Shown: positions 62,767 through 64,000 of the stretch, one piece after another | Position numbering within the stretch: the stretch's first letter is position 1 | How the letters are laid out: the number at the start of each line of letters is the position of its first letter | Source: the human T2T-CHM13v2.0 reference genome, Homo sapiens | Length of the DNA: 64,000 bases | NCBI RefSeq assembly: GCF_009914755.1 | Contig: NC_060926.1 | Direction: 5' to 3' (one strand) | Program-made: the position numbers and the translations under genes | Notes under the pieces: model-generated | Databases searched by the model: none | Told to the model about the DNA's origin: nothing | The model's input: the letters and a program-made list of their open reading frames with translations, nothing else

Positions 62767-63691
62767 ACTGACTTAAATGTCACATTGTTTTCCTATTTAA
62801 AGGATCTGAATATGCTAGTATTATTTCCTGAGATGGATTATAAACTGAAGGTGGGGACCACTTCTCCTTTTTCTATGACTCCCTACTATTCTTTGAAGAG
62901 TTTTAGGTACACTATATTAATATAATTGGATTGAAATTTTGGAAAACTTGAGGAAAGGAAATGCATCTAGGAAAGCAAGGCTGAAGGCTCATTACTTTTC
63001 TTTAAAAACAAGCACATGGAAAGAATACGCTCTTTGAAATCTTTAGAGGAATATGTCTCAGAGCTGCTGCAATTTTTCACAAAAGCATTCTAAGTCTAAT
63101 TTGAACATCTGCTATCACAAGAATTTTACATCCCTTCTGTGGGCTCATGGGAAAGGGCCATGAAGGAGAGGCTATGATGGATGGTCCGGGGAGCCTCACC
63201 CTAGCCTTGGCACAGGGCAAGGCTATGAAACTGCACTTTTCAAGAACCAGCAGGGAACATTTGGAATTTCTCCTGTTAACACAAGGGACACATAATTTGA
63301 TTTTTTATGTTTTGTACTTTTTTTTTTGCCAGAAAAAAGGAGAGTCCTTGGATATTTTTGGAGAGTTTTATCACCTCCAACCATTTGGTTTCAAGGTAAC
63401 AATACATGCTTGTTTCTTCTACCACCCTCATTCATTTTAACTCATCTGGGAGGTCAATGTGGAAGGATTAGGTTTGACTCTGTTTAAAAAGCCCAGTTTA
63501 TAGTTAGCCTAAGCAGGTCATTTTTACCTCATAGAGCCCTACTTAAGCAATGGAATCAATCACTTTCTTCATTAGATGTTTGACATTTATTAAAATAATA
63601 TATTGTGGTATGTATTATAATAGAGCCTACTATCCACTATGAGTGATTTACACCTTTTAAATATGTTTTATATATATATTAGGGCTTTTTT

Positions 63692-64000
63692 ATGTAGTGA
63701 AGAATTAAATTTACACAATGAGAGGCCTGACCTTTGTCCCTGCCCCTGGAAGATAATCTCTAACCCTTGGACTTTCCAGAATGATAGGAGTGTCTTTGCT
63801 ATTCATAGCGGATTCCTCAGACTGCACCTGACCTGATAGTGTATGCCAGTGAGATGACTCGGGGGGAGGCTGTCCATGCTAGAAATGCCAAGCATGTGAT
63901 TAGAGGGTTTGGGCTTTCAGCCACGTGATATCAGCCTTACCTTTTGGGAGGAGAGGGAGGCTGGAGATTGAGTTCATTCGGGAGGGCGCTGATTTAATCA
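63692..64000 (+). mobile_element. ERVL-type LTR (MER77/MER21-like), 5' part, runs off the window
   Basis: tgtag...gagaggcctgacctttg...aatctctaacccttgga...gcatgtgattagagggtt...ggctggagattgagtt. Confidence 0.65.

Overview
Human (hominid) genomic DNA from the LHCGR locus. The only canonical coding exon is LHCGR exon 1 on the minus strand (CDS 19719->19559, 161 nt, phase-2 donor), with its TATA-less GC-box promoter. Positions 1-19558 are LHCGR intron 1 and 19720-64000 lie upstream. A probable plus-strand terminal exon of the STON1-GTF2A1L read-through transcript lies near 40302-40540, and an ELOB processed pseudogene at 44604-45003. The rest is mostly interspersed repeats (L1, Alu, MaLR/ERV LTRs, hAT MITEs, Made1, MIR/L2); there are no prokaryotic systems, CRISPR arrays or rRNA/tRNA genes. 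The most notable object is a near full-length L1PA3-like element in intron 1 (3853-9915). (i) It sits inside the tail/TSD of an older L1. (ii) It lacks the ZNF93-bound 5'UTR segment. (iii) Its ORF1 is dead, but its 1275-aa ORF2 is open and carries a natural H230R substitution at an endonuclease catalytic residue. (iv) Its antisense promoter points along the LHCGR sense strand, and a new ATG plus ORF0 splice donor 2 give the same intron phase (2) as LHCGR exon 1, so an in-frame, signal-peptide-less ORF0-LHCGR chimera is possible (hypothesis only). The window also holds several clear retrotransposition and repair scars: target-site reuse, tailless insertions, templated duplications and a fold-back hairpin. 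Repeat subfamily calls are by eye from remembered consensus sequences and need RepeatMasker/Dfam confirmation.
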